64,000 nt of DNA, from positions 32,671 through 96,670 of the forward strand of contig JBGTFH010000076.1 of NCBI GenBank assembly GCA_041747375.1, given 5' to 3'. A program made the translations under genes and the position numbers. The first letter of the stretch is position 1, and every line of letters starts with the position of its first letter. A model generated the notes under the pieces. It saw only the letters and a program-made list of their open reading frames with translations, had not been told where the DNA came from and ran no database searches. This document shows, piece after piece, positions 40,027 to 49,933 of this stretch. The DNA is from Acidimicrobiia bacterium (lineage in GTDB: Bacteria; Actinomycetota; Acidimicrobiia; Spongiisociales; ZC4RG35).

Positions 40027-40968
40027 TCACACCGAAGCGACCCGCAGGGCCCTCACAGCTAGTTCCCTATCTCCGAGTCGGTGTTTCAGATCCCGCTCCA
40101 ACCCGCCGATCGGATAGAGGTTCTGCGGTGCCCGGGGGTCCTTGTGCCGCTCAGAGGCAAACCGCGGCAATGTGGCGCTAACCCGGTTGGCAGTACGCAC
40201 TGCCTCGACGATGTCGGTGTTCCCGTCAATCTCGCATCGCACCAACCCTCCGGCCGGCCCGGAATGATTCGCCAGTTTGAGATACCACGAGTAACGGCTC
40301 CACGACGTCGTGGTCAGGAAAAGTGGTGTGCGAAAACCGGGAGGCAACGATGTGAGGACGCCTCGCAACTCGATCGGGAGATATTGCACTTTCTGCGTTT
40401 TCACATATCCAACGGCATTCTTCACATCACGGTGGTGTGACAGGGGCCCGTCGACAACAATGACTTCGGCATCGCCTAACTCGCGCGCCGCCCTCGCCTC
40501 GAGATCTCCCATCCGCTGCTGTATCCCCAGCCACAACTCCTCAGCTGTAGCGCCCTTGGTTGCTTTGACGTGGTAAGTCCCCACCCGGGTATCGATATCG
40601 AACGCGTTGGCTGATGTGAAGAGGCCACGTTCGACGAGGGCCGACTCGAGGACCGCGTGGCCGTTTGACCGGACCGCCCCTGCGGCGTAAGTGGCCGCGA
40701 GGCCGAAGCCGGGGAAGTCGGGTGGTTGGTCGATCCAGAGGCTCGCATCGACCCTGCGGACTCCGTCGATAAAGAGCACATCCCGTGCCATGTCGGCGTC
40801 GGGGAGCACCGGCTCCCACCGATCAGGCGGGACTTCGATCGAGACGTCGACATTCTCACTCCCGTCATCCATGTCGGGAGAAGACGGAGACCCGTAGTCG
40901 GAGTCCCAATTCTCAACTGTGAATCTCAAGACAACCTCTCCACCCTGGCGCCATCCGGCTCCTTCCAC
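40027..40968 (-). CDS. nurA: NurA-like nuclease
   Basis: 313 aa. LFIDGVRR, VIVVDGPLSH and VGYVKTQK resemble the NurA motifs (xDGS, xxDGSL, GxSKxS). Last gene of the herA-sbcD-sbcC cluster. An alternative TTG start at 40929 gives a TTGA overlap with the sbcC stop. Confidence 0.65.
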   Translation of the reverse strand: MEGAGWRQGGEVVLRFTVENWDSDYGSPSSPDMDDGSENVDVSIEVPPDRWEPVLPDADMARDVLFIDGVRRVDASLWIDQPPDFPGFGLAATYAAGAVRSNGHAVLESALVERGLFTSANAFDIDTRVGTYHVKATKGATAEELWLGIQQRMGDLEARAARELGDAEVIVVDGPLSHHRDVKNAVGYVKTQKVQYLPIELRGVLTSLPPGFRTPLFLTTTSWSRYSWYLKLANHSGPAGGLVRCEIDGNTDIVEAVRTANRVSATLPRFASERHKDPRAPQNLYPIGGLERDLKHRLGDRELAVRALRVASV

Positions 40969-43286
40969 ACCCTGAACCGAACAGGGGCGAGGCCGGCCAG
41001 TTCTTTGACATGGGTGATGATCCCGACCATCAGGCCCCGGTCGGAAAGGTCTTCGAGCACACCGGCGACCACTTCTAACAACTCCTCGTCGAGCGTTCCG
41101 AAGCCCTCGTCGAGAATGATGGCGTCGAGACCCGCCCCGCCCGCTGCCGACAGAGTCTCGGCAAGGGACAGGGCCAGTGCCAGAGACACGAGAAACGTCT
41201 CACCGCCGGACAGTGTCGAAATGGGTCTCGACTCATTCGCGTTGCGATGATCGACTACATCGAAAGAGCCTCCATCATCGGCGACGAGGGAATATCCGTT
41301 ACCTGACAATCGGGCGAGTAGCTCATTGGCGCCGCCCACCAGATCGGCAATCGCCCCCACCATCAACCACCGCTCAAATCCGTCGGCGCGAAGATGCAGG
41401 CTCAAAGTGCGGGCGACCGCAGCGTCCCGCTCCGCCGCTTCGACCCTGGCCGTGGCCAACTTTGCGTCGTCGACTAGCTTGGCATCAGCGAGCACTCGAT
41501 GTCTCGCCTGTTCCTGGGCGCGTGCCACCGCCACCGCATAGTTTCCCTCAGCCTCGATGTCGAGGGCCTCGAGAGAAGACTCGACTGCCTCCTTTTCGGC
41601 GCGCAGAGCGTCCGTCGCCTCGGCGAGTTGTCGTGTCGCCTCGAGCAACGCTTCCCCGGTGTTGGGAAGTTCGGAGTCGCGCCAGGCAATCAACTCTTTC
41701 CATTGGACGATTGGATCGTCGCTTTCGCTCGGTACCGGTTTGAGATCGGCGATCGCCTCCCGCTGCGCCATGAGTCGGAGACCGAGGGATCGTTGTTGCT
41801 CGGCTAGATCTTCCATCTTTCGCTTTGCGTCCTTGAGGTCACTGTCGACTTCGGTAATACGATCCCGGATCGCCGACCGCTGCTCTAGCAGTTCGACGAG
41901 TTGATCCTTGATTGCGGGATGCGAACCCAGTTCGATGTCTGGAGGAACATCATCAGCCAGCTCATCCCTCTTTTTCTCCAAAGCCAAAAACCGGGATCGC
42001 TCCACACCAAGCTGCTCGGTGAGACCGGAAACAAGTCTTCGGCCGACGTCGAGCTCATTTTCGGCGTCATCGACTGTTTTTCTCGACGCCTCGATGTCGC
42101 CGGGTTCTCCCACCGGGAGCGTCGTCTCGATTAGACGATCGCAGACCGGACAGACGTCTCCCACCGCCAGCTTGCTCGAGATGTCGTGAGCGGCATGGGA
42201 AATTCGAGAAGTCTCGAGCGCTGCCCTCGCCACGTCGACCTGCGCCAATGCCGATGCAACATTGGTCTCAGCCTCCTTGAGTTCCAGTTCCAGCCGGCTT
42301 ATCGGAGTTTTCGACAACTCATCGGCTACGGCGACAAGGCGGGTCTGGATGGTCTCAGCGCGTGTAATCGACTCCATCGAGGGAAGCCCGGAGATCCTCG
42401 CTGCGATCAGACCGTCGTCCTCGGCCAACTTGTGATGGGAAGCCTCCAGGAGTTCGACTGACTCTGCCGCGTTGTCCACAAGCTGGCCGATCTCATCGAG
42501 ACGATCCGGGGCCTTCATCACCAATAACCGGTCCCTGGCATCGCTCAGGCGTTCGACGTTTGTCTGGAGGCTCACGGTCAGAGCCTCGTTCTCGAGGATG
42601 GACTCCTCCGCCTCGGAGACGACGATGGCCATCTGCTCGATCGCTTCGAGACGCTCCACAGCCATGAGGATCGATTCCTCGGTGGGGACTTCCATCGAAT
42701 CGAGTCTCGCCCGGCCTTCCTGCACCACAGTCTTCGCCACTGATTCACGGGATCGCGCCCGACTCCCCACCTCCCCGTATATTTCGAGGCCCATTAGACC
42801 CCGAAGTAGCTGCTGGCGCTCCGAAGGCGTAGCTTCCAGGAATCGGGCGAACTCACCCTGGGGGAGCATCACCGTGCGGGTGAAATCGTCGAAACTCAGT
42901 CGGAGCAACTCTTCGACCGCCCTGGTCACATTGTTCGCTCCTGACTCGATGCTTTGCGCACCCCGCTCCAATCTGGCTTCCCGCACTGAGGCGCCACCCG
43001 ATTTGGTCCGGTGCAGATCCCGGATCACCGTGTATGTCTGATCATCGACCGCGAAATCGAACGACACCGTTGCCTGGTCCCGACCGGTGGAAATCACCGG
43101 GGCGACCGTCGTCCCGCCCAGCCGTGGGATCCGGCCATACAGTGCAAAAACCATCGCATCGATGAGGCTCGACTTCCCCGAACCGGTCGGCCCACTCAGG
43201 GAGAAGTAATCGACATCGGTGAAGTCGACATCGACCCGCTTGCGGTAGGCCGAGAATCCCTCGATGCTGAGACGGAGCGGCCTCAC
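40926..43286 (-). CDS. sbcC: SbcC/Rad50-family DSB repair ATPase
   Basis: 786 aa. LSGPTGSGKSS Walker A, long coiled coil with a central CPVC zinc hook, LSGGETFLVSLALALSL signature, AIILDEGFGTLD Walker B. Confidence 0.9.
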   Translation of the reverse strand: MRPLRLSIEGFSAYRKRVDVDFTDVDYFSLSGPTGSGKSSLIDAMVFALYGRIPRLGGTTVAPVISTGRDQATVSFDFAVDDQTYTVIRDLHRTKSGGASVREARLERGAQSIESGANNVTRAVEELLRLSFDDFTRTVMLPQGEFARFLEATPSERQQLLRGLMGLEIYGEVGSRARSRESVAKTVVQEGRARLDSMEVPTEESILMAVERLEAIEQMAIVVSEAEESILENEALTVSLQTNVERLSDARDRLLVMKAPDRLDEIGQLVDNAAESVELLEASHHKLAEDDGLIAARISGLPSMESITRAETIQTRLVAVADELSKTPISRLELELKEAETNVASALAQVDVARAALETSRISHAAHDISSKLAVGDVCPVCDRLIETTLPVGEPGDIEASRKTVDDAENELDVGRRLVSGLTEQLGVERSRFLALEKKRDELADDVPPDIELGSHPAIKDQLVELLEQRSAIRDRITEVDSDLKDAKRKMEDLAEQQRSLGLRLMAQREAIADLKPVPSESDDPIVQWKELIAWRDSELPNTGEALLEATRQLAEATDALRAEKEAVESSLEALDIEAEGNYAVAVARAQEQARHRVLADAKLVDDAKLATARVEAAERDAAVARTLSLHLRADGFERWLMVGAIADLVGGANELLARLSGNGYSLVADDGGSFDVVDHRNANESRPISTLSGGETFLVSLALALSLAETLSAAGGAGLDAIILDEGFGTLDEELLEVVAGVLEDLSDRGLMVGIITHVKELAGLAPVRFRVWKEPDGARVERLS

Positions 43287-44416
43287 ATGCTGGCCTCATC
43301 GAGCAACTCGGCGAACAGGGTCTCCACATCGACATCAGCGGCATCGTTCTCTGTCAGGTAGTTGTGAAACGCCATCGGCCCCGACACGGTCGTGCGGCCT
43401 TCATGATTCTGCGTCTTCCGCTCCCCGGAATCGCGAAGAGTCACTTCGACGACATTGGGGATCGCTTTCCGGACTTCATCGGCCAGTCCGACCCGCGCCG
43501 ACTCAGCGAGCTCGACCCTGACATGGGCCTCGCCAACCCGGTCAGCGGCGGCCACGATCTGGGACAGGCTGCCGCTGAGTGAGACCAGCCGACGACCACC
43601 TGTCAGCGGGACGGCGGTAACTCTGGATGGAAGACCTGGATTCGCCTCCACGATCAAGACCCCTTTTTGGTCGTCGACCTCGCCAAAGTCGAGTTGCAAG
43701 GGAGACCCCGAATACCAGACCGCCCCACCGTGGGGCATTTTCTGTTGACGGTGGAGGTGGCCGAGGGCGACATAAGAGAGGTGTCCGGGGAACGACGAAG
43801 TGGGGATCGCGTAGCCGAACACGTGAGCTGTCCGCTCTCCCCCGCCGGCCAGCGCCCCGTACACGGTTAGATGGCTGAGCAGGAGATTGACCGTGTCGGC
43901 AGTCATGTCAGCAGTCAGATTCGAAATCAGCCGTTGCATACGGTCGGCGTAGGCACCGGCATGTTGATCCGAATCGTCGTCGAGTATCTGTTGGGCGCGA
44001 ACGATTCCCCGTTGTGACACAAACGGGAGCAAGGCAACCCGGGTGCCGATCCCGGGAAACTCCAGCACACCCCCTTCGGCGACAGGTGCCGCTATCGCCC
44101 CAACCGAGATCCGACCCATTCGGAGGAGCGGTGCCACTGCATCGAGTCGGCCCGGGTTGTCATGGTTGCCGGACACTACGGCTACCGGTGCGACCTCGGC
44201 GAGGTCGAGCAAAGCCCTCCACACGATCGACTCCGACTCGGGAGATGGCGAAGCCGAGTCGAAGAGGTCGCCGGCCACCAGAGTGAGCCCGACTTCGTTG
44301 CCCGCGGCGATCTCGGCGATCTCGGTGAGAACGGCTCGATGCTCATCGGAGCGGTCACGTCCCCGGATCCGCCTCCCGACGTGCCAATCGGAAGTATGGA
44401 GAATCTTCACTGTCAC
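43283..44416 (-). CDS. sbcD: SbcD/Mre11-family nuclease
   Basis: 377 aa. Phosphoesterase motifs HTSDWH, GDLFD, GNHD and GHLH. 4-nt overlap with sbcC. Confidence 0.9.
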   Translation of the reverse strand: MTVKILHTSDWHVGRRIRGRDRSDEHRAVLTEIAEIAAGNEVGLTLVAGDLFDSASPSPESESIVWRALLDLAEVAPVAVVSGNHDNPGRLDAVAPLLRMGRISVGAIAAPVAEGGVLEFPGIGTRVALLPFVSQRGIVRAQQILDDDSDQHAGAYADRMQRLISNLTADMTADTVNLLLSHLTVYGALAGGGERTAHVFGYAIPTSSFPGHLSYVALGHLHRQQKMPHGGAVWYSGSPLQLDFGEVDDQKGVLIVEANPGLPSRVTAVPLTGGRRLVSLSGSLSQIVAAADRVGEAHVRVELAESARVGLADEVRKAIPNVVEVTLRDSGERKTQNHEGRTTVSGPMAFHNYLTENDAADVDVETLFAELLDEASM

Positions 44417-44530
44417 GATGACGATCGTAAAGCAGGGCTGTGACAGATCCCGGGCTTAACCGGAGCCTATGTACACCGCCCCGCCACTGGATCTTGAAAA
44501 TGCCCCCTCAGTCCACCAGCCCGCCAGGAG

Positions 44531-46201
44531 TCAAAGCCCCTCGAACGGGTCGCCCCCGTCGGATGTGCTGTGGGGAACCAGCGCCTCTGAGGCCCGGGTG
44601 GCCCAGGCCGGAAATGGAAACTCCAACACCAATGGGACGGGGAGTTCGGGCTGGCTGAGGATCATCGTCCCCGGTTTTACGATGGTTGCCCTCTGGCGAT
44701 GGACGGCGGGGAGCCAACCATATTCCTCCCTGGATGCCTCCGCGGAGTCGAGTCGTCCCACGACCCGTATCGAAGAGTTGGCGATAATGCGCCGTTCCAC
44801 CTCTGACGCAGTCTGTTGGGCCCCGATGAGGATGACACCGAGCGATCGACCACGTTCGGCGATGTCCAACAGGATCTCCTTGATAGGGCTCGCCCCCTCC
44901 CGAGGCGCGTACTTATTGAGCTCGTCGAGCACGACCATGAGGAGCTCTTCACTCTGGCCGGCACGCTCCTTGTCGGCGAAGGCCCGACGGAGGGTTACTC
45001 CAACCACAAACCGCTTCGCCCGATCATTGAGATTGTGGAGATCGACGACCGTGACCTGGTTCTCATCGAGTCGAATGCTGTGTTTGCCCGGGTTGGGCAC
45101 ATCGGCGCGGACGAGACGTTCGATGTGCTGGCGGGAGGCGAGTAACCGGCGGACAAAGGCATTGATCGTGCCGATCCCCATCGCCGGGCCTGCCCAGTCG
45201 TACCTGCTCTCATCGGCCTGGACCCGCTCGGTCACCAGGTCGACCAGCTCAGAGAAGGTTCGAATCGTCACACCGTCGACCACGGCGGCACCGGACTCGG
45301 TGGGTTCGGCCTTGCGGAGTTGGGCCATGACGTTGTAGACCACAGTCGTGTATTGGGCCCGATCGTCCTCGGCATCGGCGAACAAAAATGGCATCAGGTC
45401 GTCGGTACAGAATTCGTAAACGGTCCAGAAGAACGAGGTGACGTCGTTCCGGGTTGCCACATCGGCGGTGGCCCGGGAATCAGCGATCCGGGGCGGGGCA
45501 AAGAGACCCACCGACTCGAAGGGTGTCGAGGGCAAGCCAAGGAGGCTGTATCCCAGCCTCATGTCGTCATCGAGGCGGCTGTTGACCCGATCGAGGTGGA
45601 GTAGGTCTTCTCCCTTGACATTGAAGATCAAGGCCTTGGTGTTGACGGTCGCCTTGCCGAGGACCCCACTGGTGAACAGGGAATGGAGGAGAAAGGTGGC
45701 ATAGCTGGTTTTGGTGGCGACGCCTGAAATTCCGGAGATATTGACGTGCGCTCCCCGATCTCCATTGAGGAACTCGAAATTGACCCACAGCGGTTCCCCG
45801 TTCCGGGCCAGGCCGACGGGGAACTTCTGCTCCATCTGGTCGAAGAACAGCGCCTTGTCCCGCTCCTCGCCGGTGGCGATCCGAACACCCTGGCCGGGGC
45901 TCGGGGGAACAAACACTTCTGGTTCGAATCGGGTGGTGGTGACCTGGGCGGCCTCGGAGACCTGGGCCGGCAGGATCCCCTCCTCGATGAGAAAAACATC
46001 GGAGTCGAAACGGGCTCCTTCATGTCGGGCGATGACCTGGCCCACCATGCCATAGAGCTTGACGATCTCACCGGTAGGGAGCACCCGCTCCAGGGCGACG
46101 ACATCATCGAGCTGCATGTACTCCCCGTCAGCCACTGCTACCCAGAACTCGAGAGGTGTCGCGTCACGAGTTCCGATCACTCTTCCCACTAGATCTTCCA
46201 C
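44531..46201 (-). CDS. herA: HerA-like (FtsK/HerA superfamily) ATPase
   Basis: 556 aa. N-terminal barrel-like region (VGRVIGTRDATPLEFWVAV...MQLDDVVALE), P-loop-like NISGISGVATKTSY, Walker B LMVVLDELNKYAP. Sits upstream of sbcD. Confidence 0.7.
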   Translation of the reverse strand: MEDLVGRVIGTRDATPLEFWVAVADGEYMQLDDVVALERVLPTGEIVKLYGMVGQVIARHEGARFDSDVFLIEEGILPAQVSEAAQVTTTRFEPEVFVPPSPGQGVRIATGEERDKALFFDQMEQKFPVGLARNGEPLWVNFEFLNGDRGAHVNISGISGVATKTSYATFLLHSLFTSGVLGKATVNTKALIFNVKGEDLLHLDRVNSRLDDDMRLGYSLLGLPSTPFESVGLFAPPRIADSRATADVATRNDVTSFFWTVYEFCTDDLMPFLFADAEDDRAQYTTVVYNVMAQLRKAEPTESGAAVVDGVTIRTFSELVDLVTERVQADESRYDWAGPAMGIGTINAFVRRLLASRQHIERLVRADVPNPGKHSIRLDENQVTVVDLHNLNDRAKRFVVGVTLRRAFADKERAGQSEELLMVVLDELNKYAPREGASPIKEILLDIAERGRSLGVILIGAQQTASEVERRIIANSSIRVVGRLDSAEASREEYGWLPAVHRQRATIVKPGTMILSQPELPVPLVLEFPFPAWATRASEALVPHSTSDGGDPFEGL

Positions 46202-46271
46202 ATACCCGAGAGTAGACCGAGCCGATGACAGTTCCCGACCGAAAGCACGGCTTTGGCTTTAGGGTCTCCGA

Positions 46272-47393
46272 ATGCGAGTTGTCGCTATCCCGTTCCTCGA
46301 CGAAGACCCGGCCCTCGTGGGCCACAACCTGGCGATCGCGGCCTCGCATCCCGCTGTCGACTGCGTCTGGGGAATCGCCAGCAGCTCACCGGGCGCATCC
46401 CGACCCGATATCGAGTCGAAAAAGGTCGAGATCGTGCCGCAAACCCGGATCGGCGAGCTACGGCCCGGAAAAGGTGATGCAATGAACACGGCCATCGTCC
46501 TCGCCTCAGAAGAGGGAGTCGACCATCTTCACTTCTACGACGCCGACATAACCAACTTCGACCACACATGGATCGATGGCGCAGAAGCAGGGGTGGATGC
46601 GGGCTACGAGATCGTACGCCACCGATTCCCGAGGGCAGCCACTGACGCCATGGTCACGTGGATGATCACCAAGCCATTTCTGGCGATGAAATACCCGGGG
46701 ACGGTCCTTGCGGGTATCGGACAGCCCCTCGGTGGTGAGTTGTTGCTCACGTCGGCGGCGATCGAATCTATGGCCAGGTCCCCGATGGTTCGGGGACGTT
46801 CCGACTGGGGAATCGACACCGCTCTGACTTTCACCGGTGTCGCTTCGGGTCACTCGCTGTATGAGCACTATGTTGCCGACGGGAAGAGGCACTCGCTCTA
46901 TGGATCATTGGCGGACCTGAGGACCATGGTGACCGAATGCTTCGATGTTGCCGCCCGGCTCCCCGTGATCGAAATTCCGGAAGTGGGACACTTCGCCGAG
47001 CCGGCCACGGACGTCCCCTCGGACCTCCGAAATCAGACGGGCTATTCAGTGGAGGCGACGCTGCCTTCGCTCACTGCCCCGTGGGGATCCGGCGAACTGG
47101 AATTCGCGTCGAGAATCCTTCCGGATGACATCCTCCACGCGTATATGCGGATGGTGGAGACCGGGGACTACGAGTTCCTCGACGAAACCACCTGGCATGT
47201 CGTGCTGACTGCGATCGTGATGCCGGGCATCCCGGACCCCGCTCTCGACGCCCTGATTTTCCGACTCTGGATGGGGCGGGTCCTCAACTACACCACCACG
47301 CACGCCGTCCGGGGTTACGAGCATGCCCTCGACTATCTCCAGAGCACTATCGACCAATACGAAGATGGAGCGAAAAGAACAGCGGAGGGCTAG
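46272..47393 (+). CDS. GT-A glycosyltransferase resembling glucosyl/mannosyl-3-phosphoglycerate synthases
   Basis: 373 aa. RPGKGDAMN and FYDADI (DxD) motifs as in GpgS/MpgS-type enzymes. Assignment is tentative. Confidence 0.45.
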   Translation: MRVVAIPFLDEDPALVGHNLAIAASHPAVDCVWGIASSSPGASRPDIESKKVEIVPQTRIGELRPGKGDAMNTAIVLASEEGVDHLHFYDADITNFDHTWIDGAEAGVDAGYEIVRHRFPRAATDAMVTWMITKPFLAMKYPGTVLAGIGQPLGGELLLTSAAIESMARSPMVRGRSDWGIDTALTFTGVASGHSLYEHYVADGKRHSLYGSLADLRTMVTECFDVAARLPVIEIPEVGHFAEPATDVPSDLRNQTGYSVEATLPSLTAPWGSGELEFASRILPDDILHAYMRMVETGDYEFLDETTWHVVLTAIVMPGIPDPALDALIFRLWMGRVLNYTTTHAVRGYEHALDYLQSTIDQYEDGAKRTAEG

Positions 47394-47458
47394 CTGTGAC
47401 ACTTGTTCTGCACGAGCATGGTGCCACTATTGGCGCTCTATTCCGTCGGAACGCGGTT

Positions 47459-48292
47459 TTATCCGAGGGCGATCAACGCTAAAGCGAACAGGGTCAGCGC
47501 AATTCCAGCTATCTGCCGCTTACGCAGGTGTTCCCCGTTCACGGTCCTCGCCAGAATGACGGTTACAGCCGGGTAAAAGGAACCGGCGACGGCAGCCAGG
47601 GCGAGGGACCCGGACCGGAGGGCATAGAGCAACGAGACATTCGCGGTCACGTCGAGAATGCTATTGGCGGCGACGAATGACCGCGGCGTCCGGGAAAACC
47701 GGCGTTCCACCGCCCATACACCCGCCATCGACAGGACCACGATCAAGACCACGAGACTTCCCCGAGCAACAATGAGGGGGAGAAGGTTTGAGCCCTGGCT
47801 CGTTTGCGCGATCAGGGTGGCAAAGGCGCCAAAACTGATCCCGGCGATGCTCCCGAACAGCAGTCCATCCCGAATCGAGCCTCCTGCGTCCTCGACCCAG
47901 GCAGAGAGGGCGATAGCGGGGACAGCAAGGACGACGCCGGCCCAGGCAGTCATGGAAGGTCGGTCACCTGAAAGGATCCCAGCAACCACCGGGACCACTG
48001 CCCCGAGTGCGGCCGCCAGGGGCGCCACCACCGCGGCGCGGCCCCTGGCGAGTCCGGCAAACAACATCACGAGCCCGACGGCTCCAGACATCCCGGACGC
48101 AGCCCCATACAGATAGTCACTCAACCCGGCGTCGCCGCCAATGACCAGACCCACGACCAGGAGAAAGGGAAAAGCAAGGACGCCGGACCAAACCACAACA
48201 GTGGCCGAGGTGACTTTCTTCGATGCTTCCCCACCGAGAAAGTCGGCAAAGCCGTACAGGATCGATGAGAGACCCCCGAGGAGGACCTCCAC
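47459..48292 (-). CDS. DMT-superfamily (EamA-like) membrane protein
   Basis: 277 aa, approx 9-10 TM helices. GTG start sharing 1 nt with the HIT stop (TAGTG). Confidence 0.65.
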   Translation of the reverse strand: MEVLLGGLSSILYGFADFLGGEASKKVTSATVVVWSGVLAFPFLLVVGLVIGGDAGLSDYLYGAASGMSGAVGLVMLFAGLARGRAAVVAPLAAALGAVVPVVAGILSGDRPSMTAWAGVVLAVPAIALSAWVEDAGGSIRDGLLFGSIAGISFGAFATLIAQTSQGSNLLPLIVARGSLVVLIVVLSMAGVWAVERRFSRTPRSFVAANSILDVTANVSLLYALRSGSLALAAVAGSFYPAVTVILARTVNGEHLRKRQIAGIALTLFALALIALG

Positions 48293-48714
48293 TATTCAGC
48301 TACCCCGGAGGCTCCCATTTCGCGGAGGGTTTCGCATATCGAAGTCGCGGCGCGCTCGAGATCGGTGCGGTCGGCCGATGTGTCGGCGTTGGCGAAATCG
48401 AGATCGCGGACCGACGAAATCGGTACCACGTGAATGTGGGTGTGGGGCACCTCGAGGCCCGCGATCATCAGACCAACTTTCGCGGGTTGAAACACCTCCT
48501 GAATTGCACGGCCGATTACGGCGGACACGTCGATGAGGTGGGTCCGCAAATCGTCGGGGAGGTCGAGCCAATGGTCGATTTCGGCAATCGGGACAACGAG
48601 GGTGTGACCGGGTCGGATCGGGGCGATCGACATGAACCCGACACAGCGATCATCCCTCCACACAAAGGTTCCCGGGATTTCCCCCTCGATGATACGGCTG
48701 AAGATCGTCGGCAT
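48292..48714 (-). CDS. HIT-family nucleotide hydrolase/transferase
   Basis: 140 aa. Histidine triad HTHIHVVP. N-terminal IFSRIIEGEIP. Confidence 0.88.
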   Translation of the reverse strand: MPTIFSRIIEGEIPGTFVWRDDRCVGFMSIAPIRPGHTLVVPIAEIDHWLDLPDDLRTHLIDVSAVIGRAIQEVFQPAKVGLMIAGLEVPHTHIHVVPISSVRDLDFANADTSADRTDLERAATSICETLREMGASGVAE

Positions 48715-48749
48715 GTAGAGAGCCTAAACCTGACAAAACCCTCTGCCGG

Positions 48750-49922
48750 TCAACGGACGGCGACCACCCGGAATAGTTCCGACTCGGTAGTCACATACAT
48801 TTCCCCGGCACCATCCACCCCGAATCCGGTGACCGATCCGGGTACCCCGACTTGTTCCGTCCAGTCGATCGGATTGGTGGCGGCCTCGCCATCGAACGAG
48901 AAGCTTCGGAGGTATCCGCCGCAATAATCCGAATAGAAGTACTGGCCGACGATTTCCGGGATCAGGGATCCGCGGTACAGGACACCTCCGGTGATGGAAC
49001 AGGTCCCGGCGTCGCCATGGGCCACTTCGACCACCGGCATGGTGAGCCCGGCGGTGTCACAGCCCGAACTCGGCGAAAAACAGTGCAATCCTTCAGTGAT
49101 CGGCCAGCCGAAATTCAAATCCTCGACCAGCGACACGGCATTGACTTCTTCAAAGGAGTTCTGGCCCACATCGGCGATGTAGATCACGGGGCCATCGATC
49201 CAGAATCGCCACGGGTTGCGAAGCCCGTAGCTGTAGAGAACCGCCTCAGCCGAGTCGACGTCGACACGAACCAGGCCGCCCAGAAGAGAGGCGATGTTCT
49301 GGCCATTTCCATAGGTGTCGTTGGAACCCCCGCCGTCGCCCAAACCCACGTACAGATATCCGTCGGGGGCGAATTGGATCATCCCCCCGTTGTGGTTGCT
49401 CGCAGGTTGGCTCACTTCGAGGAGCCTCCGCTCGCTATCGGGATCCGCAGTCCGCGAATCGGATAGCGAATACTCGGCGACAACGGTGTTTCCTCCGCCA
49501 TCGGTGTAATGGACGAATAGCCGGGAGGAGTCGTCGGGGTGTAATGCAGCGGACAGGAGACCCTGTTCTCCGCTGTTTCGCACCCGGTCGGAGATATCGA
49601 GGACCGGGTTCTCCGCCACCGAGCCACCCTCGAGATACCAGATGGTCCCATCCTTGGAGACTACGTAGGCATGGTCTTCTCCGGGCATCGCCACGAGTTG
49701 CACCGGATAGGGAAAGGCCGCAACAGACTCATACGAAAGACTCTGCAGTGGTGCAAGCGTGGTTGTTGTCTCGCCCACCGTGGATGTGCTCGAAGGTGCC
49801 TCCGTGGTGGTGGTGGCCGAATCGGTGGAAGAAGTCGCCGGGGCCGGCACGGTGGTGGAAGCCACCTCCTGTTGCGAACTACAGGCGCCAAGCAGGCAGA
49901 GAATGATCACGAGTCTCTTCAT
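48750..49922 (-). CDS. PQQ-dependent soluble sugar (glucose/sorbosone) dehydrogenase-type beta-propeller lipoprotein
   Basis: Signal MKRLVIILCLLGACSS. SNHNGGMIQFAPDGYLYVGLGDGG and GLRNPWRF motifs. Confidence 0.8.
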   Translation of the reverse strand: MKRLVIILCLLGACSSQQEVASTTVPAPATSSTDSATTTTEAPSSTSTVGETTTTLAPLQSLSYESVAAFPYPVQLVAMPGEDHAYVVSKDGTIWYLEGGSVAENPVLDISDRVRNSGEQGLLSAALHPDDSSRLFVHYTDGGGNTVVAEYSLSDSRTADPDSERRLLEVSQPASNHNGGMIQFAPDGYLYVGLGDGGGSNDTYGNGQNIASLLGGLVRVDVDSAEAVLYSYGLRNPWRFWIDGPVIYIADVGQNSFEEVNAVSLVEDLNFGWPITEGLHCFSPSSGCDTAGLTMPVVEVAHGDAGTCSITGGVLYRGSLIPEIVGQYFYSDYCGGYLRSFSFDGEAATNPIDWTEQVGVPGSVTGFGVDGAGEMYVTTESELFRVVAVR

Positions 49923-49933
49923 GATCCCATGTT

